A DNA stretch of 64,000 nucleotides, taken from the NCBI GenBank assembly GCA_030524745.1, contig JAUNGC010000022.1, positions 1,017-65,016 on the forward strand. The letters run 5' to 3'. The notes under the pieces are model-generated. The model did no database searches. It saw only the letters and a list, made by a program, of their open reading frames with translations, and was not told the origin of the DNA. A program made the position numbers and the translations under genes. Positions 27,312 through 37,743 of this stretch are shown here, piece by piece; the stretch's first letter is position 1, and every line of letters begins with the position of its first letter. The DNA comes from Eubacteriales bacterium (GTDB lineage: Bacteria > Bacillota > Clostridia > Lachnospirales > Lachnospiraceae).

Positions 27312-28847
27312 CTAAATCCGTTTCTGACGGATCACCGGACGGATGCTGTATACCTCTTTAAAAAATTCCGCCCTCGTGTCAAACAGTCCCTTTTCCAGCG
27401 TAATATCCTCCGTCGTATTTACGGTAAGAATCAATTGATCGTCCTTTAACGCCGCTTTTACGTCTCTGCATTTCTGCTTATGGCTTCTGTCCAGCGCATT
27501 GGAAATCTGCAAAATCGCCGTCAGCTTGGCGATCGTGAGAAATTCCGCCGTATCCATCGCACCGCCCTCGGTGTTCTCCTCATCATAAGCGAAATCCAGA
27601 TGATTGTACTTGACCACATTGGCCACAATCTCCCGTTCCCGGTGAGACAGGCCGATAATTTCCGTGGACATGATAATCGCGTAAGAACACTCTCCCAGAT
27701 TAATCATGCTGATATACTTTCCGCAGTCATGCAGCAGTGTGGCGATACGCAGAAGAAGACGTTCCCTCGTTCCCAGACCATGCACCTTTTTCATGCTGTC
27801 AAAAATGGTCAGCGCAATCTGCTCCAGCGTCTCACTGCGCCGCTTGCTGCCCATATACCGCTTGCTGATTCCCTTTGCACAGGTCACAATGTCCTGTTCA
27901 AAATCGTGCACTTTAGGAAGCAGCCGGTGTTTTTCCGCATATTCATAGGCCATACCGTCGCACAGCGTCACCCCCGGCGCCCAGATCAGCTTCGCTTCCG
28001 TCATCACCGCCACCTGTTTCACGATAGCGGAGGAAATCCGGAGAAGCTGCACATTTTCTTCCGGCGTATCGAAACGCTTTGCAATTTCTTCATTCGTATG
28101 GTTCTGCAAATATCCCAGATAGGTCATAAAGGAAGCGCTGTCCGCATATCCGGAAGCCTGTCCGTCCGTTAGTTTTTTCTGAATCAGATTGGAAATATAA
28201 TCGTCCACCACGATGATATTTTCGATCGTCCTGTCTTTCAAAAACATCTTCTTAAAAACGGAAAGCTGGGCGGACAGCAGTTCTTCCAACATATCCTCAT
28301 AACGGGAAGGACGGACATTTAAGCGGTGCAGCTTCTCCTGCAGGCGCAGCACGCCCAGCCGCATATTCTGGGTGGAAGACAGCTTGTCCTTGTCAAACAG
28401 GGAAATCTGAATGCTGCCGCCGCCGATATCCAGAACCACCGTTCCTTTTTCAATGATTTTCTCAAAACCCTCGCCGCGGGATGCGATGGATTTATAATCC
28501 AGAAAGCGCTGTTCGGAGTTGCTCAGCACCTCAATTTTAACGCCTGTGCGCTGTGCAATCTGATCCAGCACGATCGCCGTGTTTTTTATTTCCCGGATCG
28601 CGCTCGTGCCATAGGCCTTATAATCGTCCACCCTGTAGCTGTTCATAATGGAAACGAACTCCCGCAGCACCAGACAAAGCTCGTCCATTTTTTCATGGCT
28701 CACTTTCCCCGTCACATAAGTATCGCTTCCCAGATCCAGACGGTTTCTGACGCAGTCAACCTCCTGAATGCCGCCCGTCTTTGATATGGTAAAAATTTTA
28801 AGCGACTGCTCATAGGACCCTACGTCGATCGCCGCAAATGTCTTCAT
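27312..28847 (-). CDS. ppx: Exopolyphosphatase / Ppx-GppA family with HD domain
   Basis: AAIDVGS, DIGGGS and LLHDCGK. Adjacent to ppk1. Confidence 0.9.
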   Translation of the reverse strand: MKTFAAIDVGSYEQSLKIFTISKTGGIQEVDCVRNRLDLGSDTYVTGKVSHEKMDELCLVLREFVSIMNSYRVDDYKAYGTSAIREIKNTAIVLDQIAQRTGVKIEVLSNSEQRFLDYKSIASRGEGFEKIIEKGTVVLDIGGGSIQISLFDKDKLSSTQNMRLGVLRLQEKLHRLNVRPSRYEDMLEELLSAQLSVFKKMFLKDRTIENIIVVDDYISNLIQKKLTDGQASGYADSASFMTYLGYLQNHTNEEIAKRFDTPEENVQLLRISSAIVKQVAVMTEAKLIWAPGVTLCDGMAYEYAEKHRLLPKVHDFEQDIVTCAKGISKRYMGSKRRSETLEQIALTIFDSMKKVHGLGTRERLLLRIATLLHDCGKYISMINLGECSYAIIMSTEIIGLSHREREIVANVVKYNHLDFAYDEENTEGGAMDTAEFLTIAKLTAILQISNALDRSHKQKCRDVKAALKDDQLILTVNTTEDITLEKGLFDTRAEFFKEVYSIRPVIRQKRI

Positions 28848-28860
28848 GCCAACTCCCCCT

Positions 28861-30147
28861 CTACTTTCCAAGCAGATAGTCGATAAACTGCTGCGCCGTT
28901 CTTCCCGACAGACCGCCGTGGGACAATTCCCAGCGGTTCGCCGCCAAAAACAGTTCTTCCTCCGGCATTTGGATGCCTGCGCGCTCCGCCAGCGCCTTCA
29001 CAATTCCCTGGAACTGTTTTTTATCCGGCTTTCCGAAATAAATGGTCACACCGAAGCGGGATACTAAAGAAAGCTTCTCCTGCACCGTATCGTTGGTGTG
29101 CAGTTCTTCGTCCCGGTCTTCCTTATCCTTAAAACTTTCCCGGATCAGATGCCTTCTGTTGGAGGTCGCATAGATCAGCACGTTCTCAGGCTTTCTCTCC
29201 AGTCCGCCCTCGATCACCGCTTTCAGATATTTATACTCGGTTTCAAATTCCTCAAAACTCAGATCATCCATATAAATGATGAACTTATAATTCCTGTTTT
29301 TGATCTGTGTAATCACATCGTTAAGATCCTGAAACTGATGCTTGTACACTTCAATAATACGCAGGCCTCTGTCGTAATATTCATTGGCGATCGCTTTGAT
29401 GCTGGAGGATTTTCCCGTACCCGCATCGCCGAAAAGCAGGCAGTTATTCGCCTTTTTTCCGTTCACAAAGGCTTCCGTATTCTCTGTCAGCTTCTGCTTC
29501 TGCAACTCATAGCCCACCAGATCGTCCAGCTTCACATGAGCGATATTCAGGATCGGCTCAATCCTGACGCCATCCTCATCGTGCGCCACGCGAAACGCCT
29601 TGTGCAGTCCGAATTTGCCGACGCCATACTCCTTATAAAACTCCGTCAGCGTCCGCTTCATTTCCTCCGGCGTGTGATCGCGGCAGAATTTCTCCGCCAA
29701 CGTGCAGATCCGGTCCTTGATTCTCGTATTGTAGACCTTGCTTTCCTGCGTGTTGCTCTCATAGTGCAGCACCAGATCGAAATCCCTTACGCCGAGCCTG
29801 TCCGCCATTTTTTCAAAATCATAATCATAAAATTCCTTGAAAATCACGATATCGTGCAGCACCGCCCGGTTGATGGTACCTTCCACAGCGCCGCGGATTT
29901 CGCAGGCGCGGCTGTAGCTGTTCTCATTGTTCACTAAAAGATTGGTCAGATAACAGTGCCAGAGATTGCCGTAAAAGCCAAAACCGCCGGCCATTTCCAG
30001 CAGGCGGTGCATGCAGTCATACAGCAGTCCCGCTTTATCTTCCTGATTATAAAATTCATCCTCATAGTTCTCCATCAGCCAGACCATATCTGCAAGCAGG
30101 GAGCCTTCCTCAAAATCTTTATATATGATTAGTTCTTCTGTCTTCAT
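28861..30147 (-). CDS. DUF815-family AAA+ ATPase
   Basis: GDAGTGKSS, DDLSFE, YATSNRRHL and EKLSL..RFG. Confidence 0.88.
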   Translation of the reverse strand: MKTEELIIYKDFEEGSLLADMVWLMENYEDEFYNQEDKAGLLYDCMHRLLEMAGGFGFYGNLWHCYLTNLLVNNENSYSRACEIRGAVEGTINRAVLHDIVIFKEFYDYDFEKMADRLGVRDFDLVLHYESNTQESKVYNTRIKDRICTLAEKFCRDHTPEEMKRTLTEFYKEYGVGKFGLHKAFRVAHDEDGVRIEPILNIAHVKLDDLVGYELQKQKLTENTEAFVNGKKANNCLLFGDAGTGKSSSIKAIANEYYDRGLRIIEVYKHQFQDLNDVITQIKNRNYKFIIYMDDLSFEEFETEYKYLKAVIEGGLERKPENVLIYATSNRRHLIRESFKDKEDRDEELHTNDTVQEKLSLVSRFGVTIYFGKPDKKQFQGIVKALAERAGIQMPEEELFLAANRWELSHGGLSGRTAQQFIDYLLGK

Positions 30148-30168
30148 GTGCCCTCCATGGAACCATTT

Positions 30169-30271
30169 CTCATTGAGAAGCAGCGCAACCTTTCGCGCTC
30201 CCTCTCTCTATTACGGGAACCTTCTCAATTCGCTTCGCTCATTGAGAAGTAGCGCAACATTTCGTGCTCCC
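30169..30271. repeat. Two 34-bp direct repeats (31/34 identical) separated by 35 bp
   Basis: CTCATTGAGAAG(C/T)AGCGCAAC(C/A)TTTCG(C/T)GCTCCC at 30169-30202 and 30238-30271. Confidence 0.85.
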
Positions 30272-30285
30272 GCGCTCAATGTTGC

Positions 30286-31410
30286 TTAGTAGTTCCCCAG
30301 TATCTTCATGTTGGATGCTTCTTCGCGCAGACCGCGAATCGCATTTTTCACCGCGCCGTCCGCAAGGTTTCCTTCAAAATCCACAAAGAATCGGTATTCC
30401 CATGTGCGCCCCTCGATCGGACGGCTTTCGATCTTCGTCATGTTCAGATTATTATAGATAAAGTGGGACAACATATGATAAAGAGAACCGCTCTCATGCG
30501 GCACTTCAAAACAGATGCTCACCTTCTTTGCATCCTTTTTAAATACCTTCTGATTCGTTACGATGATAAACCGGGTGGAATTGGAGGATACATTGTTGAC
30601 CGGCTTTGCCAAAACTTCCAGTCCGTATACTTTTCCGGCATATTCGCTGGCGATCGCCGCCTGATCGTTGCGCTTTTCTTCCGCAACCTTGCGGGCCGCA
30701 AAAGCGTTATTCGGCATCGAAACCTGCTGCCAGTTGTGGCTTCCAAGATAGCGGGAACTCTGCATCAAAGATTGCGGATGGGAATATACAGTTTTAATAT
30801 CAGAAAGCTGCGTTCCCGGCACCCCCAAAAGGCAATGCTCTATTTTGATGATCTGCTCTCCTACAATATAATTCTCAAATTCCACCAAAAGGTCATATAT
30901 CTCGCTCACAATACCGGCCGTGGAATTCTCGATCGGCAGCACGGCAAAGTCCGCGCTTCCTTCATCAATCGCGCTCATGGCGTCCCGGAACGTGTCCACA
31001 TGTACGCTGTCGATCTGTTCCCCGAAATAGCGCACCATTGCCGCCTGCGAATAAGCGCCCTCTGCGCCCTGAAAAACAACGCGGACCTTCTTCGTATCCA
31101 GTTCGTCCACCTCGATGAACGGCAGTCTTCCTGTCTGCCCTTTTTCATTTAAAAGCTGGTACTGCAGCTTGCGGCTCATGGACATGATCTGTTCAAAAAG
31201 TTCCGTAATTCCATGGCTGTTAAAATCGTTGTGCGTCATCGCGCGCAGCTTTGTCAGTTTTTCTTCCTCTCTTGCTTTATCAAATACCTTTTTCCCGTTT
31301 TCAATCTTAAACTGGGCAACCTGCTTGCAGATATCCATCCTTTCTTCATATAATTTTACGATCTGACTGTCGATGGAATCGATCTGGCTTCTCAGTTCCA
31401 ATAAATCCAT
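30286..31410 (-). CDS. pheA: Chorismate mutase / prephenate dehydratase
   Basis: N-terminal CM domain, QGAEGAYS, PIENS, SHPQ, TRF and ACT domain TKIESRP. Confidence 0.95.
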   Translation of the reverse strand: MDLLELRSQIDSIDSQIVKLYEERMDICKQVAQFKIENGKKVFDKAREEEKLTKLRAMTHNDFNSHGITELFEQIMSMSRKLQYQLLNEKGQTGRLPFIEVDELDTKKVRVVFQGAEGAYSQAAMVRYFGEQIDSVHVDTFRDAMSAIDEGSADFAVLPIENSTAGIVSEIYDLLVEFENYIVGEQIIKIEHCLLGVPGTQLSDIKTVYSHPQSLMQSSRYLGSHNWQQVSMPNNAFAARKVAEEKRNDQAAIASEYAGKVYGLEVLAKPVNNVSSNSTRFIIVTNQKVFKKDAKKVSICFEVPHESGSLYHMLSHFIYNNLNMTKIESRPIEGRTWEYRFFVDFEGNLADGAVKNAIRGLREEASNMKILGNY

Positions 31411-31562
31411 ATGGATACTCCTCCATTTAGCGAGATTATTTGTCTGACGACATAGCCGCTCCGCTTTGGATGCGCACTCCGCTTCGCTTCGGCGCGGTAC
31501 AATATCTTACGATATTGTACCACAGAAAGTATAAAAAAAGAAGTTTTGTCCAATATAATAGT

Positions 31563-31967
31563 ATGAAAAAGTTGTGTAAAGATTTCTTGAAATGCGGCAC
31601 CATCGGCTGGTGCATGGAAATACTGGTGACTTCCTTCGACGCTTTCCGCAAAAGGGAACCGACGCTCACCGGTCATACGTCTGTTTTTATGTTTCCCATT
31701 TACGGCGCGGCCTGTCTCCTGCGTCCGCTCTGTATTCTTATGTCCGGTTTTCACTGGATCGTGCGGGGCGCGACCTATATGACCTGCATCTTCTCCATGG
31801 AATATATCAGCGGACGTTACCTGCAAAAAAAAGGAAAATGCCCCTGGCGCTACGATCGCGCCGGCTGGAATATCGGTAAAGTGATCCGCTTAGATTACGC
31901 CCCCGCCTGGTTTGGTCTGGGGCTACTGTTTGAAAAAGTCGTAATGAGCGGTCGCCGTAAACGCTAA
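31563..31967 (+). CDS. Small membrane protein (putative ABC permease, CmpB-like)
   Basis: GWCME, MFPIYG, MEYISG and W.Y...N..K.IRLD motifs, shared with the paralog at 42406-43365. Confidence 0.7.
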   Translation: MKKLCKDFLKCGTIGWCMEILVTSFDAFRKREPTLTGHTSVFMFPIYGAACLLRPLCILMSGFHWIVRGATYMTCIFSMEYISGRYLQKKGKCPWRYDRAGWNIGKVIRLDYAPAWFGLGLLFEKVVMSGRRKR

Positions 31968-32243
31968 AAAGCTTAAAAAGAGAATCCTGTTTTACAGGAT
32001 TCTCGCGCTGCGCATACGGCTAAAGCCGCTTAGGTTGCCATCAGGCAACTCTTTCCTTTCCGCGCGCATGCGCATCCCCCGGAGGGCTTTTTTATGCTAT
32101 AGGAAATCCGAAGGAATTTCCTATGGCATAAAAAAGAACAGGCCGGGAATCCGCCATGGATTTCCGGCCTGCCAGTTCTGTTTGCTCCAGATATCACTTC
32201 CGTATGCGGCTATAAAAAGGATAAAAACAGAAAGAATTCAGAT

Positions 32244-32819
32244 TCAGGGATTTTCCTCAATAGCTTTCGTAAATTCTTCTATCGTTCCCGCCTTAGTAAC
32301 AAGCTTCAGCCACTTGCACAGTAGATTCTGATCCTTTTCCTGCACAATCCGGTCATGCAACTCAGTCGAAATCTCTCCAAGTTCGCTTAGCCAAATCAGA
32401 ATAGCCTCCGCTTTTCCCTCAGATTTTCCTTCATCAAATCCCATCTCATATTCAGCTTTACGGATCTTGCGCATTTCCTCTTCTTCATTATATTCAAAAA
32501 TTGACATTGCCACTACCTCCGATCGCTGCGCCGTCAGGAAATCGGAAAGGATTCCTTTCTGAATACATTCCGTGACGGCATGTTCTACCGCATCCTCAAT
32601 TTTCTCTTTATTCGCATATGCACGGACACAGGCTACATATTCACTGTATTCTTTCAAAGTCCTGCATTTTTCCATCAATTCGCTGTTGTTGCCCACATTG
32701 ATATTCAGCATCAGCACTTTCAGTTCCAGTTCCGGATCTTCCACATGCTTCTCAAACGCATCTGACAGCTTCAATATTTGTCTTTCCGGCTGCTTGCAGC
32801 TTCCATTGTAAAACACCAC
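32244..32819 (-). pseudogene. 5'-truncated Rpn / PD-(D/E)XK transposase-like family gene
   Basis: KIPVPRFVVFYNG...LELKV.MLNIN...C.TL.EYS...LSDFL...EV..M...EY..EE. An in-frame stop lies a few codons upstream, so the N-terminal domain is absent. Confidence 0.75.
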
Positions 32820-33115
32820 AAATCTTGGTACGGGAATCTTTACGCTCCTTTCTGCAATTGTGCGCAGGAAGCCGCTTTTTCTTCAGCAACCCCTGCCTGA
32901 TAAAGGTGAATTTTAAGCATAGAGTTTCTGAAATGAATGATAGATACAATGGAAAGCATGATTGGAATACTTTCCATTGTCATGAATAAGACGGTCTGTG
33001 ACCCGGATTCTTCGAAAGTTTATGCCCAAGATCATCTTATCACGATAATTGTCCGGGCTCAATCTTTTTTTGACTGTTCAGGGCAGAAAGAGACCCTTTC
33101 GATTCGCCGCCAGCA

Positions 33116-33556
33116 CTATTTGGTCTTCTTACTCCAGGTCATAACATATTCTTTTTCATTGGTGCTATCGTCAACATTTTCAGATTGTATTGCAAACTGT
33201 TCTCTCTGATAAAAGGAAACTGCGCGTGTGTTTTTCTGATAAACCCTTAAAATCATAGTTGACTTAATTTCTTTCGCATAATTCAGCAATTGCTTCCCGA
33301 TACCTTTTGACTGGGCGGCTTCTCTCACAAAAATACCCGCAATATAATTATTGTCTGTGAATCCGATGAAGCCATCTATTTGATTGGTCGTATCATCTTC
33401 ATACACATATACTTCTGCCTGCGGCAATATCTCATTTACTGTTGCATAATTATCAGTCCAATAATTCTCAGAGATAAAGTCATGCGCTTTCCTATTTGTT
33501 TTTAGCCATATCTGCATAACGGCAGCCAAATCATTCCCTCTCAATATTCTTATCAC
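33116..33556 (-). CDS. GNAT family N-acetyltransferase
   Basis: IAGIFV....SKGIGKQLL and N..A..FY. Confidence 0.88.
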   Translation of the reverse strand: MIRILRGNDLAAVMQIWLKTNRKAHDFISENYWTDNYATVNEILPQAEVYVYEDDTTNQIDGFIGFTDNNYIAGIFVREAAQSKGIGKQLLNYAKEIKSTMILRVYQKNTRAVSFYQREQFAIQSENVDDSTNEKEYVMTWSKKTK

Positions 33557-33675
33557 GATATCGTCTCCTCATATTCCCTGCTCCCGAATCCAAAAGTGAT
33601 GCAAACCAAGTGAAGATTCCCCGTCGAACGGCATAACTGCTTTTTTTGTTTATACAGCCTGGTAATGCTGAAATA

Positions 33676-34149
33676 CTATATAAGCAATTCAAATTCAATC
33701 TCATGGCGCAAAGGTATGAAATTCTCACCAATTATAGGGATCTCCGGCTTTAATTTTCTTGATATATCCATAGCATTCCGGAACAGATGCGCCATATCAA
33801 ATCCCCGTTTCTGATAAAATCTGATCGCATTAATATTGTCATTTGTCGTGATAAGAACAACTTTTTGAAGATTTCTTTCTTTCGCTTCCCGTATGACAAG
33901 TTCCAGGAGTTTAGTACCAATTCCCTGATTTTCCCGCAAGCTGTCAAGTGATACTATCTCCAGTATGTTTTCATAAACCAAATATGTTATTAAGCCAATA
34001 ATAGCTTCCCCATCTCTAAAACAGAATCCTTCTGTTTTAGTCACATCAACTTCCCTGCCACGAATAATCATCGTTGTGGTATACCAACGCTGTTCCATAA
34101 ACTCATTGATCTGATGCCGGTTCAAGCTGTCAATTCTTTCACATTCCAT
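33676..34149 (-). CDS. GNAT family N-acetyltransferase
   Basis: SLDS..ENQGIGT and ITTNDN.NAIRFYQKRGF. Confidence 0.88.
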   Translation of the reverse strand: MECERIDSLNRHQINEFMEQRWYTTTMIIRGREVDVTKTEGFCFRDGEAIIGLITYLVYENILEIVSLDSLRENQGIGTKLLELVIREAKERNLQKVVLITTNDNINAIRFYQKRGFDMAHLFRNAMDISRKLKPEIPIIGENFIPLRHEIEFELLI

Positions 34150-34181
34150 ATGTCATTGTCTCCCTGCATAAACCGGGGCTG

Positions 34182-35525
34182 TTATCCCATTATAGCCTTC
34201 CGTTCCATTTTCCGCATGACAAACCGATAGGAAATCCACAGAAAGACACCCGTAATTCCCCATGCGCTCGCGTTCGCGCAGCACACGCCTTCATAGCTGA
34301 GCAGATGCGCGGCGATAACCGCAACCACCGCGCGGCAGACCAGTTCCACCACGCCGCCCATCATGGGCAAAAAGCCGTAACCGCAGCCCTGCATGACATT
34401 GCGATAAATAAAGATCATTCCCAGCGGAATGAAGAAAATACCGCAAATCGTGACATAAATGCGCACATAGGACAGCACTTCCGTCAGATCTCCCGCCAAA
34501 AACAGACGGACCACCCAGGGCAGCGTAAGTTCCAGCACCGCATAAGCGGCTACGGAATAGACCGCAGACATCCAAAACGCAATTTTGGCCCCTTTTTTGA
34601 TCCGGTCCAGATTTCCGATTCCCCTGTTTTGCGCGCTGTAGGTGGCCATGGTCATCCCCATCGCCCCGTACACCTGGGTCACGAACTGTTCCACCTTGCA
34701 TGCCACCGTATAGGCCGCAACTACGGTGGAGCCGAGCATATTCAGCGCCGCCTGCACCATAATCGCCCCGACCGCCGTGATGGAAAACTGCAGCGCCATG
34801 GGGATGCCGATGGAAAGCTGGTTTTTCATGCACCAGGCCTCCGGCTTAAAATGCTGCTTTCCAATCTGCAAAAGAGGCACTTTTTTCAAAATATAAAGCA
34901 GACACAGCAGACCGGAAACGCCCTGGGACGCGACGGTGGCCACTGCAGCGCCCGCCACGCCCATTTGAAACACAATAATCAGCACCAGATCCAGCACCAC
35001 GTTCAAAACCGCCGCCAGAATCAGAAAGTACAGCGGCACTTTGCTGTTTCCCACGGCGCGCAACATGCTGGAAAGCAGATTGTATAAAATGGTGAAGCCC
35101 ATCCCCAGACAAATAATGAGTATGTAAGTTTTAGACATCTCAAAAATGTCATCCGGCGTCTGCATGACGCGCAGCAGCCATCCCATTCCCGCCGCGCTCA
35201 GAATCGTCATAAACACTGTGACAATAGCGGACAGAATGTAGCTGTTTCCTACGCTTTTTTTGACGCCTTCTTTGTCTCCCGCCCCGAATCTCTGGCTTGT
35301 CAGCACCGTAAATCCGGTGGTCAGTCCCTGCATGAAGCCAAGGATCAGAAAAGATATGGTCCCCGTCGCTCCTACCGCCGCAAGCGCCTGCACGCCCACA
35401 AACTGTCCGACGATGACAGTATCCACCACGCTATAAAGTTGTTGAAATATATTGCCCAAAATAATGGGAATGATAAACTTTACAATCAGCCGAAAGGGGC
35501 TTCCCTTTGTCATATCAAGTTCCAT
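34182..35525 (-). CDS. MATE family efflux transporter
   Basis: MTKG.P, QQLYSVVDT..VG, RAVGNS..PL and about 12 TM segments. Confidence 0.95.
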   Translation of the reverse strand: MELDMTKGSPFRLIVKFIIPIILGNIFQQLYSVVDTVIVGQFVGVQALAAVGATGTISFLILGFMQGLTTGFTVLTSQRFGAGDKEGVKKSVGNSYILSAIVTVFMTILSAAGMGWLLRVMQTPDDIFEMSKTYILIICLGMGFTILYNLLSSMLRAVGNSKVPLYFLILAAVLNVVLDLVLIIVFQMGVAGAAVATVASQGVSGLLCLLYILKKVPLLQIGKQHFKPEAWCMKNQLSIGIPMALQFSITAVGAIMVQAALNMLGSTVVAAYTVACKVEQFVTQVYGAMGMTMATYSAQNRGIGNLDRIKKGAKIAFWMSAVYSVAAYAVLELTLPWVVRLFLAGDLTEVLSYVRIYVTICGIFFIPLGMIFIYRNVMQGCGYGFLPMMGGVVELVCRAVVAVIAAHLLSYEGVCCANASAWGITGVFLWISYRFVMRKMERKAIMG

Positions 35526-35568
35526 AGTTTATCATCGTTCCTCCTGTCATTACGATTCGCTTCAAATC

Positions 35569-35943
35569 TCAATCATCAGGATCCAAATCACTCAGATCCT
35601 GCGCCCCGATATTAAGCATATTCATGGTACGGCGCTTCATGCGCGCCTCCTCGGACGCTTCCAGAATGAAATCCTTGACCGCCTTTGAATTCTTAATATG
35701 CCGAAGATAGAGTTCCTTATCCGTCGTGTCGCCCGTATAGCACTTCACGGTCCCGATCCCGAAAATGCGCTCCCAGAACGTGCGGATCAGTTCCACATCC
35801 TGTACTTTGTACATATAGCAGTCGTTTTCCTTTTTGCTCAGAAACCCTTCCTGAACCGTAATCAGATCTTCCCTGACCGTGTATATCGTAAAGGTAAACG
35901 GCAGCCCCAGAAACGCCCATCTTTTTCTTTCTGTAAATTCCAT
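35569..35943 (-). CDS. Bacterial PH-domain (bPH_2) protein
   Basis: Y...EDL.T..EG...K.....Y.VQDV.L.R...ERIFG.GT pattern. Confidence 0.75.
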   Translation of the reverse strand: MEFTERKRWAFLGLPFTFTIYTVREDLITVQEGFLSKKENDCYMYKVQDVELIRTFWERIFGIGTVKCYTGDTTDKELYLRHIKNSKAVKDFILEASEEARMKRRTMNMLNIGAQDLSDLDPDD

Positions 35944-36138
35944 ATCCATCCTCCTGTTCCCGCTAAAAGCAGCTATCATATGTTATCCTGCATTATAAGA
36001 CATTCAGTCGGTTTTTTCAATTCCCTGTTGAAATCATTTTTTTGCTATGCTATACTGATTCAAACATAAAAAAGTTACCGTTCATGAAGCGAGCGGTAAT
36101 GAATATACGCTGTATTAGCGCAGCAGACGGGAGGGTAT

Positions 36139-36681
36139 ATGACTGCTAAAGAATGTATTCTCGGCCGCAGAAGCATCCGCAAATTCGCGGACAAGCCGGT
36201 CGATCACGAACTGCTATCCGGCATTATCGAGACGGCATCCTATTCTCCAAGCTGGAAGCACACCCAGATCGTCCGTTACATCGCGGTAGAGGGGGAATTA
36301 AAAGACCGCATCGGCAACGAGTGCACTTCCACGTTTCCGAATAACGGCAAGATTATTGTCAATGCACCCATGCTGATTGCCGTCACTGTTATCAAGAACA
36401 GATGCGGTTATGAACGGGATGGTTCTTTTACCACTCCCAGAAAAGATACCTGGCAGATGTTTGATGCCGGTATCGCATCCCAGACTTTCTGTCTGGCAGC
36501 CTATGAAGCAGGACTTGGTTCTGTTATTGTCGGCATTTTCGATCAGGACAAAGTGGAGGCCCTTTTAGAGATTCCCCAGGAAAGAGAACTGGTTGCCCTG
36601 ATCCCCGTTGGTTATCCTGCGGAAGAGCCTGTCGCTCCCAGACGGAAACCGGTAACTGAATTATTGACATTCAAGCAATGA
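36139..36681 (+). CDS. Nitroreductase family protein
   Basis: RRSIRKF, SPSW.H.Q, LAAYE.GLGS and GYPAE.P. Confidence 0.9.
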   Translation: MTAKECILGRRSIRKFADKPVDHELLSGIIETASYSPSWKHTQIVRYIAVEGELKDRIGNECTSTFPNNGKIIVNAPMLIAVTVIKNRCGYERDGSFTTPRKDTWQMFDAGIASQTFCLAAYEAGLGSVIVGIFDQDKVEALLEIPQERELVALIPVGYPAEEPVAPRRKPVTELLTFKQ

Positions 36682-36801
36682 TGGAAAAATCGAGTAGGGA
36701 AACCTGCTCGATTTCTTTGCGCAGTGGCAATCCAAACGGCAACCTGAGCGGACAGCCTTGCGGATGCCCACTTCAAAATGAATGACTGGAGGACACAATT
36801 T

Positions 36802-37719
36802 ATGAGACATCTGATGAATCCACTGGACTTTAGCGTGGAAGAACTGGACCAGCTCTTTGATCTGGCAAATGACATTGAACGCAACCGGGACAAATATGCG
36901 CATGCCTGCGCCGGGAAAAAACTTGCAACCTGCTTTTATGAACCCAGCACCCGGACGCGGCTGAGTTTTGAATCCGCCATGTTAAGCCTCGGCGGCAGCG
37001 TGCTTGGCTTTTCCGACGCCCAAAGTTCCTCTGCCACCAAAGGCGAAAGCGTTTCCGACACGATCCGCATCATTTCCTGCTATGCGGATATCTGTGCGAT
37101 GCGCCATCCCAAGGAGGGCGCTCCGCTGGTAGCAGCCGAAAAATCCTCAATCCCTGTCATCAATGCCGGCGACGGCGGTCACCAGCATCCCACACAAACG
37201 CTGACGGATCTTCTGACAATCCGCACCTTAAAAGGACGCCTGGACCAGCTTACCATCGGTCTTTGCGGCGACTTAAAGTTCGGCCGCACCGTCCACTCGC
37301 TGATCAATGCGCTCTCCCGCTATGAAGGAATGCGGTTCATTTTTATCTCTCCCGACGAACTGCGCATTCCCGACTATATCACGGAAATGCTCAAAGACAA
37401 AAACATTCCTTACGAAGAAGTGATCCGTCTGGAAGACAAGATGCCCGAACTGGACATTCTTTACATGACCCGCGTTCAGAAAGAACGCTTCTTCAATGAA
37501 GAAGACTATATCCGGTTAAAAGATTTCTATATTCTCAACAGGAAAAAAATGCAGCTTGCTCCCAAAGATATGCTGGTGCTCCACCCGCTCCCGCGCGTAA
37601 ACGAAATTTCCGTCGATGTGGACGATGATCCCCGCGCCGTCTATTTTAAGCAGGCGCAGTACGGCGTCTATGTGAGAATGGCGTTGATTCTGACGCTGTT
37701 GAACATTCATGTGGATTGA
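36802..37719 (+). CDS. pyrB: Aspartate carbamoyltransferase catalytic chain
   Basis: [29 protein letters not shown] and HPLP. GGAGG RBS before ATG at 36802. Confidence 0.97.
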   Translation: MRHLMNPLDFSVEELDQLFDLANDIERNRDKYAHACAGKKLATCFYEPSTRTRLSFESAMLSLGGSVLGFSDAQSSSATKGESVSDTIRIISCYADICAMRHPKEGAPLVAAEKSSIPVINAGDGGHQHPTQTLTDLLTIRTLKGRLDQLTIGLCGDLKFGRTVHSLINALSRYEGMRFIFISPDELRIPDYITEMLKDKNIPYEEVIRLEDKMPELDILYMTRVQKERFFNEEDYIRLKDFYILNRKKMQLAPKDMLVLHPLPRVNEISVDVDDDPRAVYFKQAQYGVYVRMALILTLLNIHVD

Positions 37720-37743
37720 GACAGAACAGGAGGAGAAATTACC

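Noticed and set aside
30169-30271. Possible mini-CRISPR (34-bp repeats, 35-bp spacer)
   Set aside because: Only two imperfect copies, no cas genes or AT-rich leader, and the spacer is complementary to the repeat.
32937-33115. Possible gene fragment between the Rpn remnant and GNAT
   Set aside because: Open stretches lack start signals and recognisable motifs.
36682-36801. PyrR attenuator upstream of pyrB
   Set aside because: No recognisable PyrR binding loop or U-tailed terminator.
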